A stretch of DNA of 64,000 bases from Candidatus Bathyarchaeota archaeon (GCA_963770935.1 CAVYRJ010000007.1:69105-133104), one strand, 5' to 3'. Positions 20,102 through 29,116 are shown, counted from the stretch's first letter. Notes: generated from the letters alone by a model not told the origin. Numbers and translations: made by a program.

Positions 20102-20644
20102 ATGCCAGAAGACAATAATGGAACAACGTACTCGTTTGATGTTTGTGGTCAATGTAGAAGCATATGTTGCCAAGACGCCAAACCGCCTCTAACTGAAAAC
20201 CGAAAACAAATCATCCAAGAATATCTAAAGAAACAAAGTATCAAAATAGCGCAACCCTTTACCAAAAACGACTATTCTTACCCAACTGTCGATGAAGAAA
20301 TTTACTGCCGTTTATTTAACAAAAAAACAGGCAAATGTATAGTGCATCTCGTTAAGCCGGAAACATGCGTTTCTGGGCCAATAACATTCGACATCAACTT
20401 CAAAACCAAGAAGGTTGAGTGGTTTTTGAAGAATTCAGATCTCTGCGCTTACGCAGGAATCCTATACAAAGACAAAGCCGCTTTCATGGATCATTTTGAA
20501 GTGGCAAAGAAACAAATAACCGCGTTAATCAAACGGTTGAGTGCCGATGAGTTGAGGGCAATTGTCAAAATCGATGAGCCCCATACGTTCAAGGTCGGCG
20601 AAGACAATTTGTCTCCTGAAGTAGTTAGAAAGCTTGGATTATAG
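20102..20644 (+). CDS. YkgJ family cysteine-cluster (Zn/Fe-chelating) protein
   Basis: CGQCRSICC, YCRLF, GKCIVH..KPETC, C-terminal LCAY; 8 nt after the GCS2 stop. Confidence 0.8.
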   Translation: MPEDNNGTTYSFDVCGQCRSICCQDAKPPLTENRKQIIQEYLKKQSIKIAQPFTKNDYSYPTVDEEIYCRLFNKKTGKCIVHLVKPETCVSGPITFDINFKTKKVEWFLKNSDLCAYAGILYKDKAAFMDHFEVAKKQITALIKRLSADELRAIVKIDEPHTFKVGEDNLSPEVVRKLGL

Positions 20645-20971
20645 AAAGCCAGCATCCCTTAGTTTAAGTGCCACAGCAATGTTACCTTTAAATTGGACTC
20701 TTCCAGTGAAGAAGGCTTTTTCTGCGCTAATTTTCTTATTTATTAGATCCATGAAGTCGTTTTCATTCATCTTCAAAGTTAGAGATGGAGTTGGGTTTGT
20801 TCCTTCTTTTACATCAAGTTTCTGGTCTTTTATAGTAATTATCCAGCTGCCTCCCTCAAGGCCCGTTACGTTTATTTGAGCTACAACGTCGATGCCAGCT
20901 GCTTTTTCTGGTTTAAACCTTGCGGGTAAAGTTTTATCGAAGAAATCTTTGGGTGTTTGTGTCTCCATCAT
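20639..20971 (-). CDS. SCP2 sterol-binding domain protein
   Basis: GGSWIITIK, PSLTLKM...DF, AFFTGRVQFKGNI..ALKL. Confidence 0.9.
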   Translation of the reverse strand: MMETQTPKDFFDKTLPARFKPEKAAGIDVVAQINVTGLEGGSWIITIKDQKLDVKEGTNPTPSLTLKMNENDFMDLINKKISAEKAFFTGRVQFKGNIAVALKLRDAGFL

Positions 20972-21030
20972 TTCAGCCTTTTGATTTTCAGCTATTTTAT
21001 GCAGTTGGGTTATTGAACGTTTGGTTATCT

Positions 21031-21789
21031 CTATCTGAAGAGGTCTCTTTCTTTTACTCTAGTAAGCGATGTTGCTGATGCGTTTTCGTCCGGTTGATAG
21101 TTGTATCCTCTGATGATGGCGGCTGGGATGCCTTCGTTTGCCTGGCCAATTACAAGTTCAGCAGCTGACGAAAGTTCGTCTGCAATCGCAGTTTGTTTAA
21201 TTTTGAGAACATAGCCAAAGAGGTCTTTTTCACCGCGCCTATCCCGTATAGGTTTGAATCCTGCAACGCCAACCGCTATGTTAATCTCGCCTAACCTAAA
21301 TGGTCTGCCATGAGTGTCAGAAACAATAACTGCCACATCCGCACCCGTTAAACGTTTGATTTCTTTTCTGATGTTTTCCGCCGAAGCACTTGGGTTCTTG
21401 GGTAAAGGCACCACATTTCTGTCACCAGAAACATTTGATTTATCTACGCCAGCGTTGGCGCAAATTATACCGCTGACGGTCTCTGTTATGATGCTGTTTT
21501 GACCTATTCGCACGATGTCTTTGGTTTCCTGTAAAATTACTTCAACCAATGATGGGTCTTTATTGGTTTTCTGCGCAATTTCCTTTGCTCTTTCCGAGGG
21601 CGTGACTTGGTCTAGGTTGATTATGTTTCCTTCCGCCTTCGAAACTACGACATGCGTAACTACGATAACGTCTTTAACTTGGATTGGGGTGTTCTGTTTT
21701 TTTGCCGCATCAACAATGAGCTTGCCTAAGTTGTCTCCTTTCTTTATTAACGGTAAATTCTCAACAGCGAATACTTGAATAGGATTCAC
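21031..21789 (-). CDS. cofE: Coenzyme F420-0:L-glutamate ligase
   Basis: VVSKAEG, ANAGVDKSN, VIVSDTHGRPFRLG, RGEKDLFGY.L, IADELSSAAELVIGQ. Confidence 0.92.
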   Translation of the reverse strand: MNPIQVFAVENLPLIKKGDNLGKLIVDAAKKQNTPIQVKDVIVVTHVVVSKAEGNIINLDQVTPSERAKEIAQKTNKDPSLVEVILQETKDIVRIGQNSIITETVSGIICANAGVDKSNVSGDRNVVPLPKNPSASAENIRKEIKRLTGADVAVIVSDTHGRPFRLGEINIAVGVAGFKPIRDRRGEKDLFGYVLKIKQTAIADELSSAAELVIGQANEGIPAAIIRGYNYQPDENASATSLTRVKERDLFR

Positions 21790-21928
21790 GCGTTTTGCCT
21801 CTTTTCTTAGGTTGCTAATTAAGCGATAGAACTTAAGTTTATCTTTGCCAAAAATTTAGAAAACAAAAAACTAAAAAAAGAATAGTTTGGAAAATTGTAG
21901 AGACCAAAAAGGTCTCTGATTTAGTTGT

Positions 21929-22654
21929 TTAGCTTCGGAACTTCTGCAGTTTTTGCAGCATCAGTTTGTCGCCTTCAGCGTCACCTGCGCATGTTGCAAT
22001 GATGCCGTCGACGAGTCCGACAAGTTGTGATGCTTTCTCTTCCACTGTTTCCATTGTTGCAGCAGTTGGCCAGCCAATCATTTTGACTGTTTCGACGTTT
22101 TTCGCTGTTCCGACTAGGAAGTATGCGAAGAGTGGCTTGTTAAGTTTTTTGCATTCTGCTGATACTGCTTTTAGTGCTTCAAATGATGAGTCTTCAAGGC
22201 GCATGAAGTATACGAAGTCCCATGGTTCGCGTACTCGTTGAAGTGTGTTTTCAATTGATTGTCTTGCTGTTAGTAGGCATCCGAGTTTTAGGTTTTTGGT
22301 CTTTACATTAGTGCGGATAAAGTCTCTTGCTGCTTCGGATGAAGGAAGCATTTTGATGGGTTCACCGTATTTGGGTTTGTCTCCCATTGTGACTGCTAAG
22401 CCGTCTAATCCGACGATGTCGGATGCTAAAGCTAAGCCTCCTACTTCAACTGGGCCTTTATAGTGTAGAATGAAGATTGGGACGACATATTTTTCTGGGT
22501 ACTTGTATTTGAGTAAGCAGCTTACTACTACACCGCTTGGAGCAGGGAAACCTGCTGCGCTGTCAGTTACGTTCCATCCATCGACTAGGTCTTTAAGTTC
22601 TTCGGCAAGCTTTAAGAATTTACGTGTTGGCACAAACTCGTTTAGTATTTTCAT
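21929..22654 (-). CDS. Short methylenetetrahydrofolate-reductase-like (MetF-like) protein
   Basis: ILNEFVP, VDGWNVTDSAAG and LAVTMGDKPKYGE resemble the MTHFR barrel motifs E..P, vnvtD.p.g and lalTGDpp..Gd; resemblance judged by eye. Confidence 0.55.
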   Translation of the reverse strand: MKILNEFVPTRKFLKLAEELKDLVDGWNVTDSAAGFPAPSGVVVSCLLKYKYPEKYVVPIFILHYKGPVEVGGLALASDIVGLDGLAVTMGDKPKYGEPIKMLPSSEAARDFIRTNVKTKNLKLGCLLTARQSIENTLQRVREPWDFVYFMRLEDSSFEALKAVSAECKKLNKPLFAYFLVGTAKNVETVKMIGWPTAATMETVEEKASQLVGLVDGIIATCAGDAEGDKLMLQKLQKFRS

Positions 22655-22769
22655 GGAGATTTCATCTCAGCTTAAAGGGTGAGATGTTTGGGTTAAAAAG
22701 CCTTTTGCATACGAAAGGTTTAGCTTTCAAGTTTAACGCTTTCTCCTTAAGTGTAATCAAAAACAACTG

Positions 22770-23636
22770 TTATTTTGGACTGTTTGCTTTTTTCAAGTTT
22801 TTTTTGGCGCGTGAGTGCTTAAATTTGGTTAATTTGATGATTTCTTCCTTATCAACTGGTTCCTTCGAGAAGTTAAGTTTTTTTAGCAGTTTTTCACCCG
22901 CCTTTGTCCTAATAATCACGGTTGAGTACCCTTTTTTGCTTCCTACGGAACCTACTGAGATGTCGGCTTGATGTGAGGTGAAATCATCGCAAAATCGGCA
23001 TGCTCCTTCAGCGGCGACATCGAGGTCTTTTACTTTGCAGCTAATCTCTTTTCCATCAAAGTACATCATGAATTTTCCATGCTGAACTTGAGTCTTCTCT
23101 GCTTTGTCCAAATCAACGTCAAACCTTGCCTTTATTTCATCTTTTAGTTTGGCGATATTAAAGGCTTCAAAACAAAATAAACCGATAATCGTGATTTTGC
23201 AATCGTTATTGAGGGTTTGCTGGATTTTTCTCGCCGTTTTAGCTTCGCAGGGCGTGCAAACGATGGCTATTCGCTTTTTGTCGCAGCTGATTAGTTCTCG
23301 TAATTTTTTTGTGACATTAACTTTGAGATATTTAGTTCCCTTCGCCGCCAAAACATCACTAGGATTCTCGGCAACGACTGCTTCAGCGCTATACCCTTTC
23401 CCGCGGCGAACAACTATGGCTGAATCAAACAAGCCCTCCTCAAAACCTTTAACCAAAAGTGAAGTAGCTATTCCGCCGTCCTGTCCCTTAATGCTGCTTT
23501 TTGCAGAAAAAATGTCACAGTAAACGCCAAGGTCCTTGTCTTCTATATCTTTCAAGAATTTCTGCGCGATTTTTGCTTTGTCTTGCGCGTCGGGGTTTTG
23601 ATGTTTTTCTGTTTTAGTTGTGTTCGTCTCAGGCAT
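22770..23636 (-). CDS. Coenzyme F420 hydrogenase/dehydrogenase beta subunit (FrhB/FdhB family)
   Basis: GQDGGIATSLL, KGTKY, VCTPCE, IGLFCFEAF, CRFCDDF...ADISVGSVG. Confidence 0.9.
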   Translation of the reverse strand: MPETNTTKTEKHQNPDAQDKAKIAQKFLKDIEDKDLGVYCDIFSAKSSIKGQDGGIATSLLVKGFEEGLFDSAIVVRRGKGYSAEAVVAENPSDVLAAKGTKYLKVNVTKKLRELISCDKKRIAIVCTPCEAKTARKIQQTLNNDCKITIIGLFCFEAFNIAKLKDEIKARFDVDLDKAEKTQVQHGKFMMYFDGKEISCKVKDLDVAAEGACRFCDDFTSHQADISVGSVGSKKGYSTVIIRTKAGEKLLKKLNFSKEPVDKEEIIKLTKFKHSRAKKNLKKANSPK

Positions 23637-23861
23637 ATTCGAAGTTCAACCGAAACTTTGATAAACTTAGTGGGTGTTTTCGAGCAAATAAAGTTTTAAA
23701 CGTTTATTATAGTAATCGCATTGAATTGAAACCACCAAATACTGATCAGCCTATCTTTAGGTTCTTGAGACAAGTTTTCACTATTCTACAAATATGTTTC
23801 TGTTTTTTCAAGGAAACGTAAATTAGTTTGGCAAGAAAATTATTCCTAGTTTGTGATTTGT

Positions 23862-24641
23862 ATGAAAGTAGCTGTTGCTGGTAAAGGCGGCGTCGGCAAA
23901 ACTCTCATCGCCGGCGGTTTAGCTCATGGTTTCGCTGAGCGTGGACTAAAAACAATAGGGATTGACGCGGATTCCTCCCCAAATTTAGGTTTAACATTGG
24001 GGTTATCAGCGGAAGAAACACGTAAAATAGTGCCCATTTCAGATAATAAGCCCTTGGTGGAGTCAAAAACAAGCACTGGCTACTCAGGCGTTTACAACCT
24101 AAACTTCAGCGTAGACGATATCGTAAAACAATACTCAATACCCACCCCTCTTGGAGTAAACTTGATTGTTATGGGAACAGTCCACTCAATGGGGGCAGGT
24201 TGCATGTGCGCCCCAACAGCTGTCATTCGTGCCTTGTTAAGGCACCTTGTTGTTGAACGCAATGAAGCAGTTGTTCTAGACCTTGAAGCTGGAGTGGAAC
24301 ACATCGGAAGAGGTACCGCGCAAGAGGTTGATGCATTGATAATCGTTGCAGACTCCAACTTAAAATCTCTAGAAATTGCCAAGCACATCCATGACATGGC
24401 TAACGCGGCGGGAATGAAACATCTCTATCTTGTGGGCAACAGAGTAATGAACGACACTCAAAAAGAAGCAATCCAATCTTTCGCAGCCCAAAACGGTCTT
24501 TCCATCTTGTCTTTTGTGCCTTTCGACCAAAAAGTAATCGAGGCTGACATGCTTGGCGTAACCCCGCTTAAGAACAAGGAAATAACAGCCGTTAAAACAA
24601 TAGATGGAATATGCGATCTTTTATTAAAGAAAGCAGCCTAG
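23862..24641 (+). CDS. cooC: CooC-type nickel-insertion ATPase
   Basis: GKGGVGKT, IDADSSPNL, metal motif GCMC, DLEAGVEHIGRGT. Confidence 0.88.
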   Translation: MKVAVAGKGGVGKTLIAGGLAHGFAERGLKTIGIDADSSPNLGLTLGLSAEETRKIVPISDNKPLVESKTSTGYSGVYNLNFSVDDIVKQYSIPTPLGVNLIVMGTVHSMGAGCMCAPTAVIRALLRHLVVERNEAVVLDLEAGVEHIGRGTAQEVDALIIVADSNLKSLEIAKHIHDMANAAGMKHLYLVGNRVMNDTQKEAIQSFAAQNGLSILSFVPFDQKVIEADMLGVTPLKNKEITAVKTIDGICDLLLKKAA

Positions 24642-24798
24642 CGTCGGGAATTTCCAAATAAATTTCTTTTCTTGTGGGTATTTAGCTTCTGTGTTTTGGT
24701 GAGAAAGCTCTGATAGAAGAAAAAGCTGTGTACTGCCCTTTTTGTTCTGGTTGTTTTAGGTTGCTTTTTTGATTTAGGGCTTGATTTGGTTGCAGATT

Positions 24799-24853
24799 GA
24801 GTCAGTAATAGTCAGTAATAGTCTATAGTAGTCCTTAGTAGTCAGTGATAGTC
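24799..24853. repeat. Degenerate 10-bp tandem array
   Basis: Units from 24801: gtcagtaata, gtcagtaata, gtctatagta, gtccttagta, gtcagtgata, then gtc; TAGTC recurs every 10 bp. Confidence 0.8.
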
Positions 24854-24899
24854 TGTAACCTTACAGGAATCGAAAACAAAATCCTGCAAATCCAAGACG

Positions 24900-25037
24900 T
24901 TGATATATTACATCGCAGGATCAGACTTAATTCCCGAGTTACGCAAAGACACCCCTGAACTCAAAAAATCTGCTTTGCAATCGGGGTCTCTGATTATGGG
25001 GGTTATCCCAATGTTATTGTTGTTGCTATTGGAGTAA
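24900..25037 (+). pseudogene. 3' remnant of a ZIP (ZupT-like) metal transporter
   Basis: Translates LIYYIAGSDLIPELRKDTPELKKSALQSGSLIMGVIPMLLLLLLE*, matching the recalled ZIP C-terminal YIA.sDLiPEL pattern; no 5' part. Confidence 0.7.
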
Positions 25038-25038
25038 C

Positions 25039-26028
25039 TTACAGCACGTATAGATTTCCAACACTATTGGCCACAAAAGCCTCTGAGAATTTCTCATGTA
25101 TGGCATAGAGTGCTCGCCAACCTGTACAATGTGACGGCACGATTAATTCAGGATTAATTTGTATTAATTCCCCTATTGTAGGCATTATTCTTTTTTCAAA
25201 TTCTTTCCCAGCTAAATGAAAGCCGCCAAATACAGCGTAAACCTTTGTTGTTCCAGTGATCTGTTGAACATAGTGTATTGTATTAATTATTCCTGCATGA
25301 GCGCACCCAGAAATGATGACTAAACCCTTGCCTTTCACATTAAAGACCAAAGCACGTTCATCTAAGATCAACGGATCAGACTGCCACATGCCATCCCTGT
25401 GAATTCGATTCTGAGTAAAGCCCTTTTCAAAATCAACAGTTCTCGGTATCTCACCAGTTACACAAGCCAAATCTTGGGCAATCAATTGTGGTTTTTTTGT
25501 GTTTACAATTTCTGCAGGCATAAGCTCCCATAAATGTGGAAACGATGGATATTCCTTGATTTCTCCTTTAGAATTGGCTGTTCCTCTACGCTTAACCATG
25601 TCTTCATGAGATATTATTGTTAAATCGCTTTTGTTAACCGCCTTTACCACTTCGGATAATCCCCCGAAATGATCGTAATGGCCATGTGAAAGAACAACAA
25701 AGGAAACTTCGCTTAAGTCAACTCCCATCCGCTTAGAATTAATGACTACTCCTTTGGGACTAACGCCTGTGTCAAATAGCAAAGTGCAGACTTTTTCACC
25801 GCTAAAAACTCTGATAAGCACACAAAAACCGTGCTCTGCAAACGGCAGTTCTGGATGTGCTTGAGCCCACTCGCATTCATATCGCTCTTTAGTCCAATTT
25901 CTCAGCGATTGCACCTCTTTTCTAGAGTTGCTTGACAGAAAATCTACACTATTATCCATTAAAGAAACAATTTCCAATTTTGACGTTTCTTTTAATCCTA
26001 CAGTTCCATTTTTCAAAGGGATAACCAT
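25039..26028 (-). CDS. MBL-fold metallo-hydrolase
   Basis: AEHGF, LLFDTG, LSHGHYDHFGG, SGCAHAG, GGFHL, PSHCTG; ATG at 26028 avoids overlap with the Lrp gene. Confidence 0.9.
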   Translation of the reverse strand: MVIPLKNGTVGLKETSKLEIVSLMDNSVDFLSSNSRKEVQSLRNWTKERYECEWAQAHPELPFAEHGFCVLIRVFSGEKVCTLLFDTGVSPKGVVINSKRMGVDLSEVSFVVLSHGHYDHFGGLSEVVKAVNKSDLTIISHEDMVKRRGTANSKGEIKEYPSFPHLWELMPAEIVNTKKPQLIAQDLACVTGEIPRTVDFEKGFTQNRIHRDGMWQSDPLILDERALVFNVKGKGLVIISGCAHAGIINTIHYVQQITGTTKVYAVFGGFHLAGKEFEKRIMPTIGELIQINPELIVPSHCTGWRALYAIHEKFSEAFVANSVGNLYVL

Positions 26029-26030
26029 CG

Positions 26031-26600
26031 CTATAGAGTTCCTCGATAATGTAAAGTAGCAGGGCAGCCAACACATTTTTTGGTTTCATATCTTGCACAA
26101 GTGCAGCAATCCACTTCACACGGTGCTTTGTCCTTTCCCTTGTGAGTGAGATATTCTCTAATTTGAAGAAACTGTGAAAACTCATTTTCACTGATTGGGT
26201 AAAACTCTGACCTGCGAATTCCCGCACTACTTCTTAATGAACACTTCTCCACAGATATGCTGTCAAGTGTATCTTGGTCTTCCGCAATAACAAGAGCGAT
26301 TAAGTTGTATCCACCAATAGTTTTGAAGATGTGGACTACCCGCGGGCAATCCTTGAAGCGCTTCATGACGTTTTGCATTGACTCAGCATCTTTCATTTCT
26401 AACAGTATCATGGCTGGAATTAACCTGAAAGCTGCAGGGTTCATTAAAGCTTGATTTCTTATGACTCCTTGATCTATCAGTTTGTTTAGTCTCTTCTTGA
26501 CGCCGACATTAGTGAATCCTGTAATCTGTGCGAGTTCTTCAAGCGTTGTTCTTGCGTCGATTTGTAGTTTGCTGATTATTTTTCTGTCAACGTCGTCCAT
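26031..26600 (-). CDS. Lrp/AsnC regulator with Cys-rich C-terminal extension
   Basis: HTH (DARTTLEELAQITGFT), RAM domain (TIGGYNLIA), tail CEVDCCTCARYETKKCVGCP. Confidence 0.85.
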   Translation of the reverse strand: MDDVDRKIISKLQIDARTTLEELAQITGFTNVGVKKRLNKLIDQGVIRNQALMNPAAFRLIPAMILLEMKDAESMQNVMKRFKDCPRVVHIFKTIGGYNLIALVIAEDQDTLDSISVEKCSLRSSAGIRRSEFYPISENEFSQFLQIREYLTHKGKDKAPCEVDCCTCARYETKKCVGCPATLHYRGTL

Positions 26601-26630
26601 AGATTCAACCTTCTTGTTTACTTTCTAAAC

Positions 26631-26669
26631 ATAACATATTAATATTGTTTATATATTAAACTATGTTAT
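26631..26669. promoter_or_regulatory. Inverted repeat ATAACATA / TATGTTAT in the divergent Lrp / NifX-like promoter
   Basis: 8-bp arms at 26631-26638 and 26662-26669 flank AT-rich TATA-like sequence. Confidence 0.4.
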
Positions 26670-26691
26670 CATCAAAACAAAGGTTATCCGA

Positions 26692-27075
26692 ATGACGAAA
26701 AGAATAATGATGCCAGTTGAAGACGAAAAAGGATTAGAAGGTAAAATTGCACACCACTTTGGAATGGCGCCCTACTTCGCCATAGTAGAACTTGACGAGA
26801 ACCAAAAAACTCCAAAGGTCAAAATTGAACCTAACAGATCTGAGCATATGGGCGGTGCCCCAGGGCACTCGCATGAAAGTTTCCTGGCATTGAAACCAGA
26901 CATTGTGGTAGCTTATTCAATGGGGCCAGGTGCACTAAACACCTTCTTGGACGCCGGCGTAACAGTTTTGGAAGCAACTGCAAGTACAGTCGAAGGAAAC
27001 ATTGAATCTTTCAAAAAAGGCAATCTCAAAGGACTTGTAAGTGCATGTCAACACGCTCATCACCATGAACACTAA
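26692..27075 (+). CDS. NifB/NifX family protein with His-rich tail
   Basis: AHHFGMAPYF, MGPGALNTFLDAGV.V; C-terminus CQHAHHHEH. Confidence 0.88.
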   Translation: MTKRIMMPVEDEKGLEGKIAHHFGMAPYFAIVELDENQKTPKVKIEPNRSEHMGGAPGHSHESFLALKPDIVVAYSMGPGALNTFLDAGVTVLEATASTVEGNIESFKKGNLKGLVSACQHAHHHEH

Positions 27076-27111
27076 AACCATTATTAACCTAAAATATTGA
27101 AGAATAAATGA

Positions 27112-27537
27112 GTGAAAAAATTGCCAAAAATTAAAGCAAAAGCAACATGGGTTGAAAACGTACGTTCAAAAGTTGATAATCAGAGAAACCATAGTGTGGA
27201 ATGTGACCTCTCGACAGCAGCAGGCGGAACAGATTGCGGTCCAACAGCCCTCGAATTAAGCTTAATGGCGTTAGCCGATTGTGGCGTCACAATTTTCGCA
27301 GATGTTTGCAAAAAAAGCAATATCAAACTCAAAATGGTTGAAGTCATAGTTGAAGCTGAAAAATCGCCCGATTCACCAATGATAAGTGGCGTTACCATGA
27401 AAGTCAATGCTTCATCTGATGCAAGGAAAGAGCTTATAGAGGCTGCTTGGAGAAGGACGGAAGCAAACTGCCCTGTACTGTTTATCTTTAAAGAACCAAC
27501 CCCAGTGAAGGTTGAATTTGAAGGGAAAACAGAGTAA
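27112..27537 (+). CDS. OsmC family protein
   Basis: GGTDCGPTALELSLMALADC and ANCPV conserved-Cys pattern. Confidence 0.85.
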   Translation: MKKLPKIKAKATWVENVRSKVDNQRNHSVECDLSTAAGGTDCGPTALELSLMALADCGVTIFADVCKKSNIKLKMVEVIVEAEKSPDSPMISGVTMKVNASSDARKELIEAAWRRTEANCPVLFIFKEPTPVKVEFEGKTE

Positions 27538-27555
27538 AAATTCAGGGCTTAGAAA

Positions 27556-28093
27556 ATGAAGACTGCTCTGATAATCTTTTGGTCTAAAACAGGCAATACA
27601 GAGAAGGTCGCAAACGCAATCAAACAAGGGTTAGAAGAAGCTGAATTTAATGTAGCTGTTAAGAAGCCCGAGGAAGCAGCCGAGATTGATTATTTTGATT
27701 ATGATTTAGTCTGCGTGGGCTGTCCATCATACTCGTGGCATCCTCCTGAACCTATAACCAACTTTCTAAAGAAAAAATTCGCTCGAATACCGAGAAAATG
27801 GTATAGTCAAGCCTTCAGCCCCAAAAGTTCCGGACAAGAACGCCATTGTCTTTGTAACTTACTCGGGACCACATACAGGAATCAACGAGGCAACTCCAGT
27901 TGGCAAGGATATAGCACAATACTTTGAACACATAGGCTTCAATATCATCGATGAATGGTATATCCTCAGCGAATTTCATGGTTCATTAGAGCACAGTACA
28001 TTAGGTAGATTGGGGGATGTCAGAGGAAAACCTACTGCCGAACAACTGCAAGTCATCAAAGACGACGCAAAACGAATAGGAAAACTTCTATAA
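27556..28093 (+). pseudogene. Flavodoxin-like protein interrupted by a +1 frameshift (real or sequencing error)
   Basis: 5' part FWSKTGNTEKVA...VGCPSY; after about 27776-27785 the +1 frame continues EYRENGIVKP...VFVTYSGPHTGINEA...AKRIGKLL* ending 28093. Confidence 0.8.
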
Positions 28094-28348
28094 CCCCCTT
28101 GCTTCCAATTTTGTGAAGCAAACTTCAGTTTTTTCTGAGAGCACGAATTAACTCGTAGAGACTAAAAAAGGCAAATTGTTGTTCAAATTCTTCAGGTATA
28201 ACCCTGCAAGAGAACTAATAGCTAATTCAAAAAATTCTTAACTACTTGAAAGCTATTTCTTTTTCAGATAGTTTAGAACCCGAGGTTCTAATCAACCAAT
28301 ATGTTGAAAAGGTTTATTTTAATAAAAAACAATACTTCACTGATCCCA

Positions 28349-29116
28349 ATGGAAATGCTTGAAGTTAAAGATTTATCAGTCAGGGTTGAAGGCAAACTCA
28401 TACTTAAAGAAATGAGCTTTAGCCTAAAGGAGGGCGTTAGCCATATTCTATTTGGACCTAACGGCTCAGGAAAAACTACACTAATCAGCACGCTTATGGG
28501 TCTACCAGGCTATGAAGTGGTCTCAGGCAAAATACTTCTTTGTGGCGTAGACATTACAGACAAAGGCGTCGATGAGCGGGCAAAGCTAGGCATGACCGTG
28601 AGTTTCCAAAATCCTCCTGAAATCACAGGTGTAAAGCTTGGCGACCTGCTTAAACTGTGTCTAGGTAAAGGTGAAACTGACGAGTTCACCGATGAAGAGA
28701 TGAAGCAAATTGCCGCTTTCAGATTAACTGATTTCTTGAACAGGGATATCAATGTAGGTTTTAGTGGTGGCGAGCGGAAGCGTTCCGAAATTCTACAATT
28801 AATTTTTTTGAAACCAAAACTGTTGTTATTGGATGAACCTGATTCAGGAGTGGACGTGGAGAGCCTACGTATGATCGCAAGTGAGATTCAACATTACATT
28901 GAAAAATCAGGTAGTTCAGCGTTAATAATTACACACAAGGGCGATATATTGGAGCACATAAAAGCAGTTTATGGCTGCATACTGCTTGGAGGTCAATTCC
29001 ACTGCTTTACTGATCCAATGAGCATCTACAAGGATATTAAAAAGGTAGGTTACGAAGAATGTGTGGCATGCAGAAGAAGAAAGCTCGAGGGATGGAAAAC
29101 TGAGCAACCAAAGTGA
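28349..29116 (+). CDS. sufC: Fe-S assembly ATPase, SufC/SmsC-type
   Basis: GPNGSGKT, FQNPPEI.GVKL, GFSGGERKRSE, LDEPDSGVD, C-terminal CVAC. Confidence 0.92.
   Translation: MEMLEVKDLSVRVEGKLILKEMSFSLKEGVSHILFGPNGSGKTTLISTLMGLPGYEVVSGKILLCGVDITDKGVDERAKLGMTVSFQNPPEITGVKLGDLLKLCLGKGETDEFTDEEMKQIAAFRLTDFLNRDINVGFSGGERKRSEILQLIFLKPKLLLLDEPDSGVDVESLRMIASEIQHYIEKSGSSALIITHKGDILEHIKAVYGCILLGGQFHCFTDPMSIYKDIKKVGYEECVACRRRKLEGWKTEQPK

Noticed and set aside
24799-24853. Tandem array as a possible CRISPR
   Set aside because: The 10-bp units have no spacers and there are no cas genes in the window.
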